NCBI GenBank assembly: GCA_964291235.2
Contig: OZ219816.1
Coordinates: 320,001 to 384,000, forward strand
Direction: 5' to 3'
DNA: 64,000 bases
DNA from: Vicinamibacteria bacterium
GTDB taxonomy: Bacteria; Acidobacteriota; Vicinamibacteria; Marinacidobacterales; Marinacidobacteraceae
The stretch's first letter is position 1. Each line of letters starts with the position of its first letter. A model generated the notes under the pieces. That model worked only from the letters and a program-made list of their open reading frames with translations, ran no database searches and was not told the origin of the DNA. The position numbers and the translations under genes are program-made. Positions 29,039 through 39,559 of the stretch are shown piece by piece.

Positions 29039-31753
29039 ATGTTACAGAACACCTTTGGATCCTTGGAACGACACCGCACCCCCGACGGGGACGTGCGCAT
29101 CTTCGCCCTCGACGCGGTGGAGCGGGAGGGACTCGGCTCCATCGCCCGCCTCCCGTTTTCGATTCGGGTGCTGCTCGAGTCGCTGCTCCGCGGTGTGGAC
29201 GGGCGGACGGTCCGCGAAGAGGACGTAGCCGCCCTCGCCGCCTGGGACGGCGCCGCGCCGGCCCGGCGCGAGGTTCCGTTCCGGCCGGCGCGGGTGATCC
29301 TCCAGGACTTCACGGGAGTCCCCGCGCTCGTGGATCTGGCCGCCATGCGCTCGGCGCTGGCCCGGATGGGCGGTGATCCCTCCCGGATCAATCCGAAGGC
29401 TCCGGTGGATCTCGTCATCGACCACTCGGTGGTGGTCGATTCCTTCGGCACCCCCATGGCGGCCAACCAGAACGCAGCGATCGAGTTCGAGCGGAACCAG
29501 GAGCGATACCGCTTCCTCCGCTGGGGCCAGAAGGCGTTCTCGCGCTTCCGCGTCGTTCCGCCGGCCACCGGCATCGTCCACCAGGTGAACCTCGAACTGC
29601 TCGCCAAGGTGGTCATGGAGGACGGCGAGGGCGATGAGCGGGTTCTCCTTCCGGACACTCTGGTCGGCACCGACTCCCACACCACCATGATCAATGGCCT
29701 GGGAGTGCTCGGGTGGGGCGTCGGCGGCATCGAGGCCGAAGCCGCCATGCTCGGCCAGCCGTGCTACCTCATCACCCCGAAGGTGGTCGGCTTCCGGCTG
29801 AGCGGCAGCCTCAGCGAAGGCGTCACCGCGACCGATCTCGTACTCACCGTCACCGAGCGCCTGCGCGCTCACGGGGTGGTGGAGAGCTTCGTGGAGTTCT
29901 TCGGCGAAGGGCTCTCGGAGATCTCCCTCTCCGACCGCGCCACCGTCGCCAACATGGCGCCCGAATACGGCGCGACGATGGGCTTTTTCCCGGTGGATGG
30001 GGAGACGCTGTCCTACCTCCGGCGAACGGGCCGAACCGACGAGGAAGTGGACCGGGTCGAGGCCTACACCAAGCGCCAGGGACTCTTCCGGACCGACGAG
30101 ACTCCCGACCCCGAATACACCGACGTGCTCGAACTCGACCTCGGGACGGTCGAACCGAGCCTCGCGGGTCCGAAGCGCCCGCAGGACCGGGTCGCGCTTG
30201 CCGACATGCAGCGCGCCTTCCGGAAGTCCCTGACCGCCCCGGTGGTGGACCGGGGATTCGCTCTCGGGCCCGACGAGCTCGCCCGGACGGCGAACGCCGG
30301 GAACGGCCGGAACCTGGGTCACGGGGCGGTGGTGATCGCGGCGATCACCTCCTGCACGAACACCTCGAACCCGAGCGTGATGCTGGCATCCGGCCTCCTG
30401 GCGCAGCAAGCGGTGGCGCGGGGCCTGACGACGCCGGATCACGTCAAGACCTCGCTCGCGCCGGGGTCGAAGGCGGTCACCGAGTACCTGCGGGACGCGG
30501 GGCTCCTGGGGCCGCTCGCGGATCTCGGATTCCATCTGGTGGGCTACGGATGCACCACCTGCATCGGGAACAGCGGACCGTTGCCGGAGAGAGTGGAGCG
30601 GGCCATCGAGAGCGCCGACCTCGTCGCCGCTTCGGTCCTGTCCGGCAACCGCAACTTCGAGGGCCGGGTCCACGCGAGCGTGCGGGCCAACTACCTCGCC
30701 TCCCCGCCGCTGGTGGTGGCCTACGCGCTGGCCGGCACGGTGGACATCGACCTGGACGAGGAACCGCTCGGCGCCGGCGCCGACGGGAATCCGGTGTTCC
30801 TGCGCGACATCTGGCCGAGCAGCGAGGACGTGCAGAAGGCCCTCGACCGGGCGCTTCGGCCCGAGACCTTCCGCCGGATGTACGGCAACGTCTGGGACGG
30901 CAACCCGACCTGGAACGAGATCCCGGTGGACGCCTCCGAGATCTATCCGTGGGACGAGTCATCGACCTACATCCAGGAGCCTCCGTTCTTTTCCGAAATG
31001 ACCGCCGAACCGGCGCCGCTCAGCGACATTCGGGGAGCGCGGGTGCTGGTCCGCTGCGGCGATTCGGTCACCACCGATCACATCTCGCCGGCCGGGACCA
31101 TCGCCTTCGACTCACCCGCGGGCAGTTGGCTCCGCGAACGGGGAATCGAGCGGGGAGACTTCAACTCCTACGGCTCGCGGCGCGGCAACGACCGGATCAT
31201 GCTGCGCGGCACCTTCGCGAACATCCGGTTCCGGAACGAGATCGCCGGGGGCGCCGAGGGCGGCTTCACCGTGCACCACCCGTCGGGCGAGCACACCACC
31301 ATCTTCGACGCGGCCCGGCGTTACCGCGAGGAAGGCACCCCGCTGGTGATTCTGGCCGGGAAGGAATACGGGACCGGATCCTCCCGCGACTGGGCCGCCA
31401 AGGGCACCCTCCTGCTCGGGGTCAAGGCGGTGATCGCCGAGAGCTTCGAGCGCATCCACCGCAGCAACCTGGTCGGTATGGGCGTCCTGCCGCTGGAGTT
31501 CCCCGCGGGAGAGAACGCCGAATCGCTCGGCCTGGTCGGAGATGAGACCATCGACATCCACGGCGTCTCGAACGGACTCGGACCCGGCGTTCGGGTCACG
31601 GTGACCGCGACCCGCGAGGGGAAGTCACGCTCGTTCAAGGCGCGTTGCCGCCTCGACTCGGTGGTCGAGGTGGACTACTACCGAAACGGCGGCATCCTCC
31701 AGACCGTCATGCGGGACCTGGCCCGCGAGGGCGTACCGGCCGCGACCGGCTGA
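29039..31753 (+). CDS. acnA: Aconitate hydratase A
   Basis: [55 protein letters not shown]. Confidence 0.98.
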   Translation: MLQNTFGSLERHRTPDGDVRIFALDAVEREGLGSIARLPFSIRVLLESLLRGVDGRTVREEDVAALAAWDGAAPARREVPFRPARVILQDFTGVPALVDLAAMRSALARMGGDPSRINPKAPVDLVIDHSVVVDSFGTPMAANQNAAIEFERNQERYRFLRWGQKAFSRFRVVPPATGIVHQVNLELLAKVVMEDGEGDERVLLPDTLVGTDSHTTMINGLGVLGWGVGGIEAEAAMLGQPCYLITPKVVGFRLSGSLSEGVTATDLVLTVTERLRAHGVVESFVEFFGEGLSEISLSDRATVANMAPEYGATMGFFPVDGETLSYLRRTGRTDEEVDRVEAYTKRQGLFRTDETPDPEYTDVLELDLGTVEPSLAGPKRPQDRVALADMQRAFRKSLTAPVVDRGFALGPDELARTANAGNGRNLGHGAVVIAAITSCTNTSNPSVMLASGLLAQQAVARGLTTPDHVKTSLAPGSKAVTEYLRDAGLLGPLADLGFHLVGYGCTTCIGNSGPLPERVERAIESADLVAASVLSGNRNFEGRVHASVRANYLASPPLVVAYALAGTVDIDLDEEPLGAGADGNPVFLRDIWPSSEDVQKALDRALRPETFRRMYGNVWDGNPTWNEIPVDASEIYPWDESSTYIQEPPFFSEMTAEPAPLSDIRGARVLVRCGDSVTTDHISPAGTIAFDSPAGSWLRERGIERGDFNSYGSRRGNDRIMLRGTFANIRFRNEIAGGAEGGFTVHHPSGEHTTIFDAARRYREEGTPLVILAGKEYGTGSSRDWAAKGTLLLGVKAVIAESFERIHRSNLVGMGVLPLEFPAGENAESLGLVGDETIDIHGVSNGLGPGVRVTVTATREGKSRSFKARCRLDSVVEVDYYRNGGILQTVMRDLAREGVPAATG

Positions 31754-31762
31754 GGCCCCGCT

Positions 31763-32743
31763 TCAGCGGGCCGACGTCGGGGTTTCCCCGGCGAGAATCC
31801 GCCGGAAGACATCCATTTCGATGTTCCCGCCGGAGACCACGCAGACGATCCGGCGCTTTCTGCCCTCCTCGCCCGGGCGGCGCGGCACGCGCCCGGCGAT
31901 CGCCACCGCCACCGGGCTGGCCCCGGCGCCCTCGGCGACGATGCGGCTCCGTCCGGCGAGGGTGCGCACCGCATCGGCGATCTCGTCGGGAGACGCCAGG
32001 AGCGGTTCCGCAAGAAACTCCTGAACCAGCGGCCACATCGGATCCAGCACCGTGTTCCCGCCGATGCCGTCCACGAAGCTCGGTTCGGTGTCGATCCACT
32101 GCGGCGATCCATGCTCGACCGCGGCCGCGACCTTCGCCGAGGTGGTGACCTCGACGGGGTGAACCCGCGCCGCCGAGCCCTTCAGGCGGAGGGAGTTCGA
32201 TATCCCGCAGCTCAGGCCGCCGCCGCCGAAGGGGACGAGCACGACGTCCACGTCGGGGAGGTCCTCGAAGATCTCCAGCCCGGCGGTCGCGTTCCCCACC
32301 ATGACCGGCGTTTCCTCGACCGGGTGGACGAAGCGGGCGTCGAGCCCGGGGTGGGTGTGGGTGACGATCGCCTTCCACCACTCCGGGAACGGCTGGACCA
32401 CGATCTCCGCCCCCAGCGCCGCAATGGACCGGCGCTTGTTCTCCGGCGAGGTTTCGGGCACCACCACAGTGCAGGGAACGCCCCTTTCGCGGGCCATGAA
32501 GGCCGCCGCCTGGGCCCAGTTCCCGGCGCTCGCGGTCACGACCCCGCGGGAAAGTTCCGCGTCGCTGAGCGTCGCGAAGAGGTTCGCCGCGGCCCGGATC
32601 TTGAAGCAGGCGAAGGGCTGGAGGTTCTCCAGTTTTAGCCAGATCTCGTCCGGGCCATCCACCGGAAGCCGCACCAGCGGGGTCCGGACCGCGTACGGCG
32701 CAATCCGCGAACGCGCCGCCTCGATCTCACTCAGGGGAATCAT
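31763..32743 (-). CDS. PLP-dependent threonine/serine dehydratase family protein
   Basis: KLENLQ..FKIR, SAGNWAQ, PFGGGGL, SGGN. Confidence 0.88.
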   Translation of the reverse strand: MIPLSEIEAARSRIAPYAVRTPLVRLPVDGPDEIWLKLENLQPFACFKIRAAANLFATLSDAELSRGVVTASAGNWAQAAAFMARERGVPCTVVVPETSPENKRRSIAALGAEIVVQPFPEWWKAIVTHTHPGLDARFVHPVEETPVMVGNATAGLEIFEDLPDVDVVLVPFGGGGLSCGISNSLRLKGSAARVHPVEVTTSAKVAAAVEHGSPQWIDTEPSFVDGIGGNTVLDPMWPLVQEFLAEPLLASPDEIADAVRTLAGRSRIVAEGAGASPVAVAIAGRVPRRPGEEGRKRRIVCVVSGGNIEMDVFRRILAGETPTSAR

Positions 32744-32801
32744 GGGCGCGGGAGTCTATGCGGCTCCGGGCGCGCGCCCGGCCGCCGGGAAACCGATCGG
32801 A

Positions 32802-33578
32802 CTATGAAGTCCGGGAAGTCCGGCGCGAATAGACGATCCGGATCCCCTCGAGCGTCAGGCGCTCGTCCACGACGTCCACGACTCCGGTCCATTCGGCCAC
32901 CTGCTGGGCCAGCCCGCCGGTAGCGATCACCGTGTAGTTGCCGCCGAGTTCCTCCTTCAGCAGACGGACCATCTCCCGCACCATCCCGGTCCAGCCGAGG
33001 ACGAGCCCGGACTGCATCGCGGCGACGGTGTGGGTCCCCACCACCCGTTTCGGCGGCCGCAGCTCCACCTTCGGCAGGCGGGCCGTCCGCCGGACCAGCG
33101 CTTCGGCCGACACGCCGAGTCCGGGCGCGATGGCCCCGCCCCGGTACTCCCCCTGCTCGGAGACCACGTCGAAGGTGAGCGCGGTGCCCGCATCGAGGAC
33201 AATGGCGGCGACCCCGTAGAGGTGGTGGACCGCCACGGTATTGGCGATCCGGTCCGCACCGGTCTCCTCGGGAGTGTCCACCGCCAGGCGGATCCCGTGG
33301 GCGGTCTTGTGGTTCAGGACGAAAAGCTGGTTCCCGAAGTAGCGCTCCGCGAGGTTGCGCAGGATCTCGGTCGATGACGGCACCACGCTCGCTGCCGCGA
33401 GCCCCCGGATGTCGTCCCTCGAGACCCCGGCCCCCGCGAGCAGGCTGTCGAGCAGCGCGACGGTCTCGTCCGCGAGGCGTTCCGTCTGGGTGGAAATACG
33501 CCAGTCGTGAACCCAGCGCTCCCCGTCGTGAAGGCCGATGGCGGTCTTCGTGTTGCCGACGTCGAAGACGAGGAGCAT
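32802..33578 (-). CDS. coaX: Type III pantothenate kinase
   Basis: LVFDVGNT, GADRI, DAGTALTFD, GGAIAPG, ATGG. Confidence 0.95.
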   Translation of the reverse strand: MLLVFDVGNTKTAIGLHDGERWVHDWRISTQTERLADETVALLDSLLAGAGVSRDDIRGLAAASVVPSSTEILRNLAERYFGNQLFVLNHKTAHGIRLAVDTPEETGADRIANTVAVHHLYGVAAIVLDAGTALTFDVVSEQGEYRGGAIAPGLGVSAEALVRRTARLPKVELRPPKRVVGTHTVAAMQSGLVLGWTGMVREMVRLLKEELGGNYTVIATGGLAQQVAEWTGVVDVVDERLTLEGIRIVYSRRTSRTS

Positions 33579-33606
33579 GTCTGTCCGCCGAATGCTACGG
33601 GAACGG

Positions 33607-34563
33607 TTACTCCGGCTCCAGATCACCCGAGGCGTGGCGCGAAGCGTTCGCGCGCCAGATCCCCGCGAGCACACTGCCGATCAGCGAGTGGAAGAGGCTC
33701 GAAATCGCGCTCGGCACCGCGACCAGCGGACTCGTGAAGTTCTGCCCCGCGAGGACCACCCCGAGGCCGGAGTTCTGCATGCCGACTTCGATCGAGACCG
33801 TGCGCGCCGTCGGGACACGCTTCGAAACCAGCCGGGTCAGTCCGTAGCCGAAGAAGAACCCCCCGGCATGGAGCGCGAACACCGCCACGACCAGCAGGTC
33901 ACCCGATTCGAGGATGATCGCCCGGCTGGAGCCGATGATGGAGGCCACGATCAGGGTGATCAGCACCACGGACGTGAAGGGTCCGAAAGGCAGCACCACG
34001 CGGGTGAGCCGCTGGGCGTAGCGCCTCAGGAAGAGGCCGGCGGCGATCGGGAGGATGACTACCTGCACCGTGCTGAGCAGCAATCCGGCAGCCGGCACGT
34101 CGATCCGGCTGCTCGCCAGCAGCGAGGTCATCGCCGGCGTCATCAGCACCGAGAGACTCGTCGAGACCGCCGTCATGGACACCGAGAGCGGCACGTCGGC
34201 CAGCGCGAGGTAGGAGATGACGTTCGAGGCCACGCCGCCCGGGCAGCAGGAGACGAGGATCAGGCCGACCGCGAATTCCCGGGGCAGATCGAGCGCCCAG
34301 GCCACCGTCCAGCCCATCAGCGGCATCACCAGGTACTGGAGCACCACCCCGAGCCCGATGGGCGCCGGCCGCTTCAGGACCCGCCGGAAGTCGTCCACCT
34401 CCAGCGTCAGCCCCATCCCCAGCATGATGAGCCCCAGCCCGTAGGTGATCAGGTCCCCGCTGAACCAGGTGAAGATCCCCGGCCGCCACAGCGCGATCAC
34501 GCTGGCGAGCAGGACCCAGACCGGGAAGGCGAAGGTCCCGACCCGGAGGGCCCGGTGGAGCAT
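33607..34563 (-). CDS. Bile acid:sodium symporter family transporter (PanS-like)
   Basis: IMLGMGLTL, CPGGVASNV, SIEVGMQNSGL. Confidence 0.9.
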   Translation of the reverse strand: MLHRALRVGTFAFPVWVLLASVIALWRPGIFTWFSGDLITYGLGLIMLGMGLTLEVDDFRRVLKRPAPIGLGVVLQYLVMPLMGWTVAWALDLPREFAVGLILVSCCPGGVASNVISYLALADVPLSVSMTAVSTSLSVLMTPAMTSLLASSRIDVPAAGLLLSTVQVVILPIAAGLFLRRYAQRLTRVVLPFGPFTSVVLITLIVASIIGSSRAIILESGDLLVVAVFALHAGGFFFGYGLTRLVSKRVPTARTVSIEVGMQNSGLGVVLAGQNFTSPLVAVPSAISSLFHSLIGSVLAGIWRANASRHASGDLEPE

Positions 34564-34746
34564 CGCGGGAGCTTAGTGGGCGTCCCGGCACGGGAGCCCA
34601 CAACGGTTCCCCTCCTGGCCGGGGTCCCGGCGGTCGGTGGTGACGCATGGGCCGAAGGGCGTTACGCCGTCCCCGCCCCCGTGCCCCCGGTGGGGCGCTC
34701 GTGCCGACCCACCGTCAGCGCAATCGGGATCCCTCCCGGCTTCCGC

Positions 34747-35874
34747 CTACCGCCGCCTCGCGGTCAGCGTCAGCGACGGGCGATCGCCGCCGGCATGCAC
34801 AAAATCGAGGACGATCCGGCCCTCCACGTCCCGGTGCTGGAAGGCCGGCTGGTCCAGCGACGTGAGGTCCCAGCCCGGCGGCAGCACGATCCGGGTCCGC
34901 GGCCGGGCCAGGAAGCGCAGCAACCGGAAGTCGCCGTCCTCGAGCAGCTCGAACCCCCGGTTGATGGCCGTCTGATAGAGACGGACGCGGGCGTTGCCGC
35001 CCTCCGGCACGGAGTACCCGAGGTCCGCCACCAGCACCCTGGCGCCGTCGGGAAGGGGCGCCGGCGCGTGCGGAATCGCGGCCGCCTCTGCGGCGGGCAC
35101 GATGCGAGTCGGCAGCTCCACCCCGCGGTCCACGTCCAGGGTGACCGGATCCAGGATCTCGTCGGTCGGGAGCAAGACCGAGAACACGTGCGCCTGCCCC
35201 GGCGTATCGATCAGGAGTTCGAGCGCGAGGCTCAGCCGGTGTTCTGCGGGATCCTCCAGCCAATAGACGATGTTCCGCTCGTCGTCCGCCCGGAAGTCAC
35301 CCTCGATCGTCCGGTCCCTGCCCGGGTCTCCGGATTCGATCTCGAGCCGCAGCGGGAGGGGCTCCGGGCCGGGGTGGAGGATGCCCAGTTTCAGCCGGCC
35401 TTCCTCCACCGCGGTCTGCACCGGAACGCTGGAACCCGCGAGGACGGTTCCAGGCGGCAACACCACGGTGATCCGGCCGGCCGGCGCCGCGTGCTCGAAG
35501 GTCCACCCGGTACCGCTCGGCCGAAAGTAGTTGTGCCGGGCGGCCACCTCTTCGATACGGAGACGCCGCTCCGCCCGTTCTTCGAGCGTCCTGCCGAGCG
35601 GAATCCGGACCCCGTCCCCGGTGACCGTCGGCGAAAGAGCTTCTCCCGAGGCACGGTCCACCACGGCAACCAGGTTCCGGATGTTTCGGTCCGAGAGAGC
35701 GAACACATAGTCCGTGGTCCCGGCGCCATCGGCGATCCGGTCCGAGACGATCCGGATCTCTCCCTCGCCGATCTCGTAACGGGTGGCAAGCGCCAGGCTG
35801 CGCAGCGGATCGTCCGGCGCGGCCGCCGCTGCCAGCGGAGCCCCCATCAAGAGCGCGGTGAGAAGTCTCTTCAT
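34747..35874 (-). CDS. Secreted hypothetical protein with two related halves
   Basis: Signal peptide MKRLLTALLMGAPLAAAA; TVVLPPG..EGRL and RIVLPPG..EGRI repeats. Confidence 0.7.
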   Translation of the reverse strand: MKRLLTALLMGAPLAAAAAPDDPLRSLALATRYEIGEGEIRIVSDRIADGAGTTDYVFALSDRNIRNLVAVVDRASGEALSPTVTGDGVRIPLGRTLEERAERRLRIEEVAARHNYFRPSGTGWTFEHAAPAGRITVVLPPGTVLAGSSVPVQTAVEEGRLKLGILHPGPEPLPLRLEIESGDPGRDRTIEGDFRADDERNIVYWLEDPAEHRLSLALELLIDTPGQAHVFSVLLPTDEILDPVTLDVDRGVELPTRIVPAAEAAAIPHAPAPLPDGARVLVADLGYSVPEGGNARVRLYQTAINRGFELLEDGDFRLLRFLARPRTRIVLPPGWDLTSLDQPAFQHRDVEGRIVLDFVHAGGDRPSLTLTARRR

Positions 35875-36187
35875 GGCGCCGTCGGCCTCCAGGACCGGCC
35901 CCAATAGTGTTCCGCCTCCCAAGGAGCCCTGCAAACCCGCACCCCGCGCCGTTTGACGGGACGCCGGCAACGACCGACGACACCGCCAAGGACGCGGGGA
36001 CGGCGCACCTCGCCGCTTGGCGCTCCCCCCTGCTTCGGGGCAGTGACACTTCGGAAACCGAAGTGGGCGCGCTCGAGGGAGCGCTTTCCAAGGGCCCGGC
36101 GCAGCACCAGAGGTGCTCCGCGGGGCCGGGTGCGCGCGCCGCCGCCGTTTCTGCCCGCAGGGGCCTCGGCGCCGCGCCGGGTCGCCC

Positions 36188-36883
36188 TCAGCGGGCGCAG
36201 GCGGAGATCTCGGGGTGCGCGGTCCAGGCGGTGAACTCTTCGCCCGCGGTCGGCAACTCCACGGCCACCGAGGCTCCCGGTGCGAGGTCGGTGCGCTCCG
36301 TCGGGCCCAACTCGGTCCCGGTGGACAGATGCACTTCGACGCGGACGGCGCAGAGCCTCGCTGGCGTCGTGTTCTCCACATTGCCGCGGAAGGCCTGCCG
36401 TGCCGGGTCAAACGAGAGGATCAGCCGGGCGCCCCGGCGGGTCCGGTCCCAGGTTTCCCCGCGCCCCAGGTATTCGCCCGACTCCTCGCCTTCGGATCCA
36501 CCCTCGTCGTGACCCTCGGCGCGACCCTCGGCGCTCCCGTGCTCCGCCCCGGCGCGGCCGCCATGCTCTCCTCCGCCGCCAGCCTCGCGGGCGCCGTGTT
36601 CCCCTTCGGTCCCGCCATTCTCGGCTTCCCCGCCGCCGCGTCCGTGCTCCCCCTCACGGCGCTCGGTCTCTCCCGCGCTTTGGGTCCGCTCCGGGACACC
36701 CGCCGCGACGCTCTCGTCCGTATTCGAGGCCGGCGTCGCCGCCTCCTGACCCGGACTCGCGGCGTCCGCCCCGGACGCTCCCTCACCGGCCGGGCCGGAA
36801 CAAGCCAGGACTCCGAGGAGAGCGAGCGCGAGCACGGTGGGGAACAGGAGAGGAAGCGGGGTGCTGTGCGGGTTGCGATCCAT
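36188..36883 (-). CDS. Lipoprotein with His/Glu/Gly-rich linker and an unannotated beta-rich domain
   Basis: Lipobox VLAC; GEHG/AEHG repeats; VENTT..VRVEVHLSTGTELGPT..DLAPG..HPE. Confidence 0.75.
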   Translation of the reverse strand: MDRNPHSTPLPLLFPTVLALALLGVLACSGPAGEGASGADAASPGQEAATPASNTDESVAAGVPERTQSAGETERREGEHGRGGGEAENGGTEGEHGAREAGGGGEHGGRAGAEHGSAEGRAEGHDEGGSEGEESGEYLGRGETWDRTRRGARLILSFDPARQAFRGNVENTTPARLCAVRVEVHLSTGTELGPTERTDLAPGASVAVELPTAGEEFTAWTAHPEISACAR

Positions 36884-37066
36884 GGTCGAAGTCACTCGGA
36901 AACCGGCTCTTCGTGAAGGAGGCCGGGCTCTATCTGGTTCGTGGGCGCCCTTGATGGGACCGCCGCGTCCGTTGTTGTTTCCGGGCGCGGCCATCGAGTC
37001 TAACGCGGCAATTCGGGATTCGTTCCCGGCCGTCGCGGCGGCCGCCAACCGCGTTACATTGCCGTC

Positions 37067-37975
37067 ATGCATCGAATACCGGACAACACACCGTCCCTGT
37101 GGACGGGGCCTTTCTGTCGAGGAATTCGCCCCGTGCTGCTCATCGTCTTCGCCGTGCTGTCGCTCGGCGCTTTCGCCTGCGATTCGGGAACGACCCCCGA
37201 AGGACCCGAGTCCGGTCCCGAGGGCGCCGAATCCGGCGGTGAGTCCGGTGGTGAGTCCGGTGGTGAGGGCGGCGGTGGCGAGCCCGGTGAGGGTGGTGTC
37301 CAGTTCGCCAAGGATGAGACGGCCACCGACGTTCGCCAGGGCGTCGAACTGACCGTCAACTTCGACGCTGCGAGGGGGGTGTTCACCTACGCGCTTCAGA
37401 ACACGACCGCCGCGGCGGTCAGCCAGGTCCGCGTCGAGATCCATCTGTCCAACGGCTGCGAGATCGGTCCCACCCCCAACGTGGACCTGGCCGCCGGAGA
37501 GACGAAGACCGCTGAACTCGACCCGGACAACGAGCCGGAACCGGAATGCCAGCAGGACTTCACCACGTTCAGCATCCACGTGGAGCTCGGCCCCGGCGGG
37601 TCCGAGACCGGTGAGGGCGGTGGCGAAGGCGGCGAGGGCGGCGGCGGCGAGGCCGGTGAGGGCGGCGTCCAGTTCGCCAAGAACGAGACGGCCACCGACG
37701 TTCGTCAGGGCGTGGCGCTCACCGTCAACTTCGACGCCGCCCGCGAGGTGTTCACCTACACGCTCGAGAACACGACCGCCGCGGCGGTCAGCCAGGTCCG
37801 CGTCGAGATCCATCTGTCCAACGGCTGCGAGATCGGTCCCACCCCCAACGTGGACCTGGCCGCCGGAGAGACGAAGACCGCTGAACTCGACCCGGACAAC
37901 GAGCCGGAACCGGAATGCCAGCAGGACTTCACCACTTTCAGCATCCACGTGGAGCTCGGCTCCGGCACGTCGTAG
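37067..37975 (+). CDS. Lipoprotein with two tandem copies of the same domain and GEGG linkers
   Basis: Lipobox AFAC; 123-aa (369-bp) internal repeat with VRVEIHLSNGCEIGPT..DLAAG..HVE. Confidence 0.8.
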   Translation: MHRIPDNTPSLWTGPFCRGIRPVLLIVFAVLSLGAFACDSGTTPEGPESGPEGAESGGESGGESGGEGGGGEPGEGGVQFAKDETATDVRQGVELTVNFDAARGVFTYALQNTTAAAVSQVRVEIHLSNGCEIGPTPNVDLAAGETKTAELDPDNEPEPECQQDFTTFSIHVELGPGGSETGEGGGEGGEGGGGEAGEGGVQFAKNETATDVRQGVALTVNFDAAREVFTYTLENTTAAAVSQVRVEIHLSNGCEIGPTPNVDLAAGETKTAELDPDNEPEPECQQDFTTFSIHVELGSGTS

Positions 37976-38173
37976 GCCCCGCGCGGCAGGCGCCGGCGTG
38001 GGGCTCGCTGGCCCCGGCACCAGGCGCCGGAGACCAGGACGGGGTTGACGGTCAGGCTCCGGGCCGGCCTTCGCACCGGGGCTCACCGGAACCCGTCTCG
38101 GGTAGGGTTGTCGCTGTTGTCCGCGTCCCGCAAATCCGCTTTCGACGACGGGGAATCCGTCCCTGAGGAGCCC

Positions 38174-39538
38174 ATGAGTAGCGGGGACCCGATCGGCGAC
38201 GAAGCGAGGTCGCGCCTCGCCGCGTGGCGCGCCCACCTCGCGGAGGCGGGCGCAGCCTCGGACGCCGACCTCGATGAGCGGCAGCGGGCGCTCACAGCGG
38301 AAATTGCCGCGCTTCGAGAGGCCGGTCTCGATCCGGACGAAGCCTTCCTGGTGGCTCTGAAACGGGTTGGAAAACGGGATGCAGCGACTCGCGAGTTTGC
38401 CAGCCGGCACGCGACCCGGCTTCTGGAGCCACGAGCCGAACCAGGGACGGGCCGCTGGGGGCTCGGGATCGAAACGTGGGTCGCGCTGGGGCTCGGTGCG
38501 CTCGCCGCCGCTACCGCCAAGGCTCTGCAGTTCTTCGGCCCTCCCCTCACGGAGGACGCCATCGCGTTTTACGCCCGCAACGAGGGCGTGCTGGCCCTGG
38601 GCTGTGTCGCCGGCTATTTTGCCTGGAAGCGCGGCCTGGCGGCCTCCCGCTCGCTGCGGATCGGGGCGGCCTTCGTGGCCGCCGCGGTGCTTGCCAACGT
38701 CTTCCCGTTCGCCGCGGCCGGATCCACCGATGTACTCACCGCGCTGCATCTGCCGATCGCGCTGTGGCTGGCGATCGGCATCGCCCATGCCGGCGGACGC
38801 TGGGACCTGGCCGCGCGCCGCATGCGCTTCGTTCGGTTCTCCGGCGAGTTCTTCATCCACGGCGTGCTGATCGCGCTTGGCGGTCTGGTCCTCTCCGCCG
38901 TCACCCTCACCCTGTTCGGGAGGATCGGGGTGGACACCGATCGGCTCTGGGGCGCCTGGGTGCTGCCCTGCGGGACCGCCGGCGCCCTCGTCCTTGCATC
39001 GTGGCTGGCGGAAACCAGGACCCGCGCCGCCGGGAGCCTGGCGCCGGTTCTGGCCCGGATATTCACGCCTCTGTTCGCCTTTGCGCTGCTCGCGCTGCTG
39101 CTCACGATGGCCTGGACGGGAGCCGGCCTCCGGATCGAGCGCGATGTCCTCATCGTGCTCGACCTGCTGCTGGCCGTGGTCGTCGGCCTGGTTCTGTACG
39201 CCGTTTCGGCGCGGTCCCCCGAAGCCGGCCCTCGGCCGTTCGACGCCTTGCAGTTGCTGCTGGTGGCGCTCGCGCTCGTGGTGGACCTGCTGGCGCTCGG
39301 AGCAACCGGCGCGCGGATCGCCGAGTTCGGCTTCACCGCGAACCGGACGGCCGCCCTGGGCCTCAACCTGATCCTGCTCGTGAACCTGGCCGGGTCGGCC
39401 TGGTGCTACCTGGGGTTCTGGCGCGGGCGCGGTTCGTTCGCTGCGCTCGAACGCTGGCAGACCGGTTTTCTACCGGTGTACGCCGGCTGGGCCGTGGTGG
39501 TCGTCGCCCTGTTTCCGCCGCTCTTCGGATACCGCTGA
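38174..39538 (+). CDS. Permease-prefix-domain membrane protein (DUF4153-like)
   Basis: N-terminal AWRAHL..GLDPDEAFLVALKRVG..REFA; many TM helices; RIAEFGFTANR. Confidence 0.75.
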   Translation: MSSGDPIGDEARSRLAAWRAHLAEAGAASDADLDERQRALTAEIAALREAGLDPDEAFLVALKRVGKRDAATREFASRHATRLLEPRAEPGTGRWGLGIETWVALGLGALAAATAKALQFFGPPLTEDAIAFYARNEGVLALGCVAGYFAWKRGLAASRSLRIGAAFVAAAVLANVFPFAAAGSTDVLTALHLPIALWLAIGIAHAGGRWDLAARRMRFVRFSGEFFIHGVLIALGGLVLSAVTLTLFGRIGVDTDRLWGAWVLPCGTAGALVLASWLAETRTRAAGSLAPVLARIFTPLFAFALLALLLTMAWTGAGLRIERDVLIVLDLLLAVVVGLVLYAVSARSPEAGPRPFDALQLLLVALALVVDLLALGATGARIAEFGFTANRTAALGLNLILLVNLAGSAWCYLGFWRGRGSFAALERWQTGFLPVYAGWAVVVVALFPPLFGYR

Positions 39539-39559
39539 GCGCCTTCGGGCGGCGGGTGA

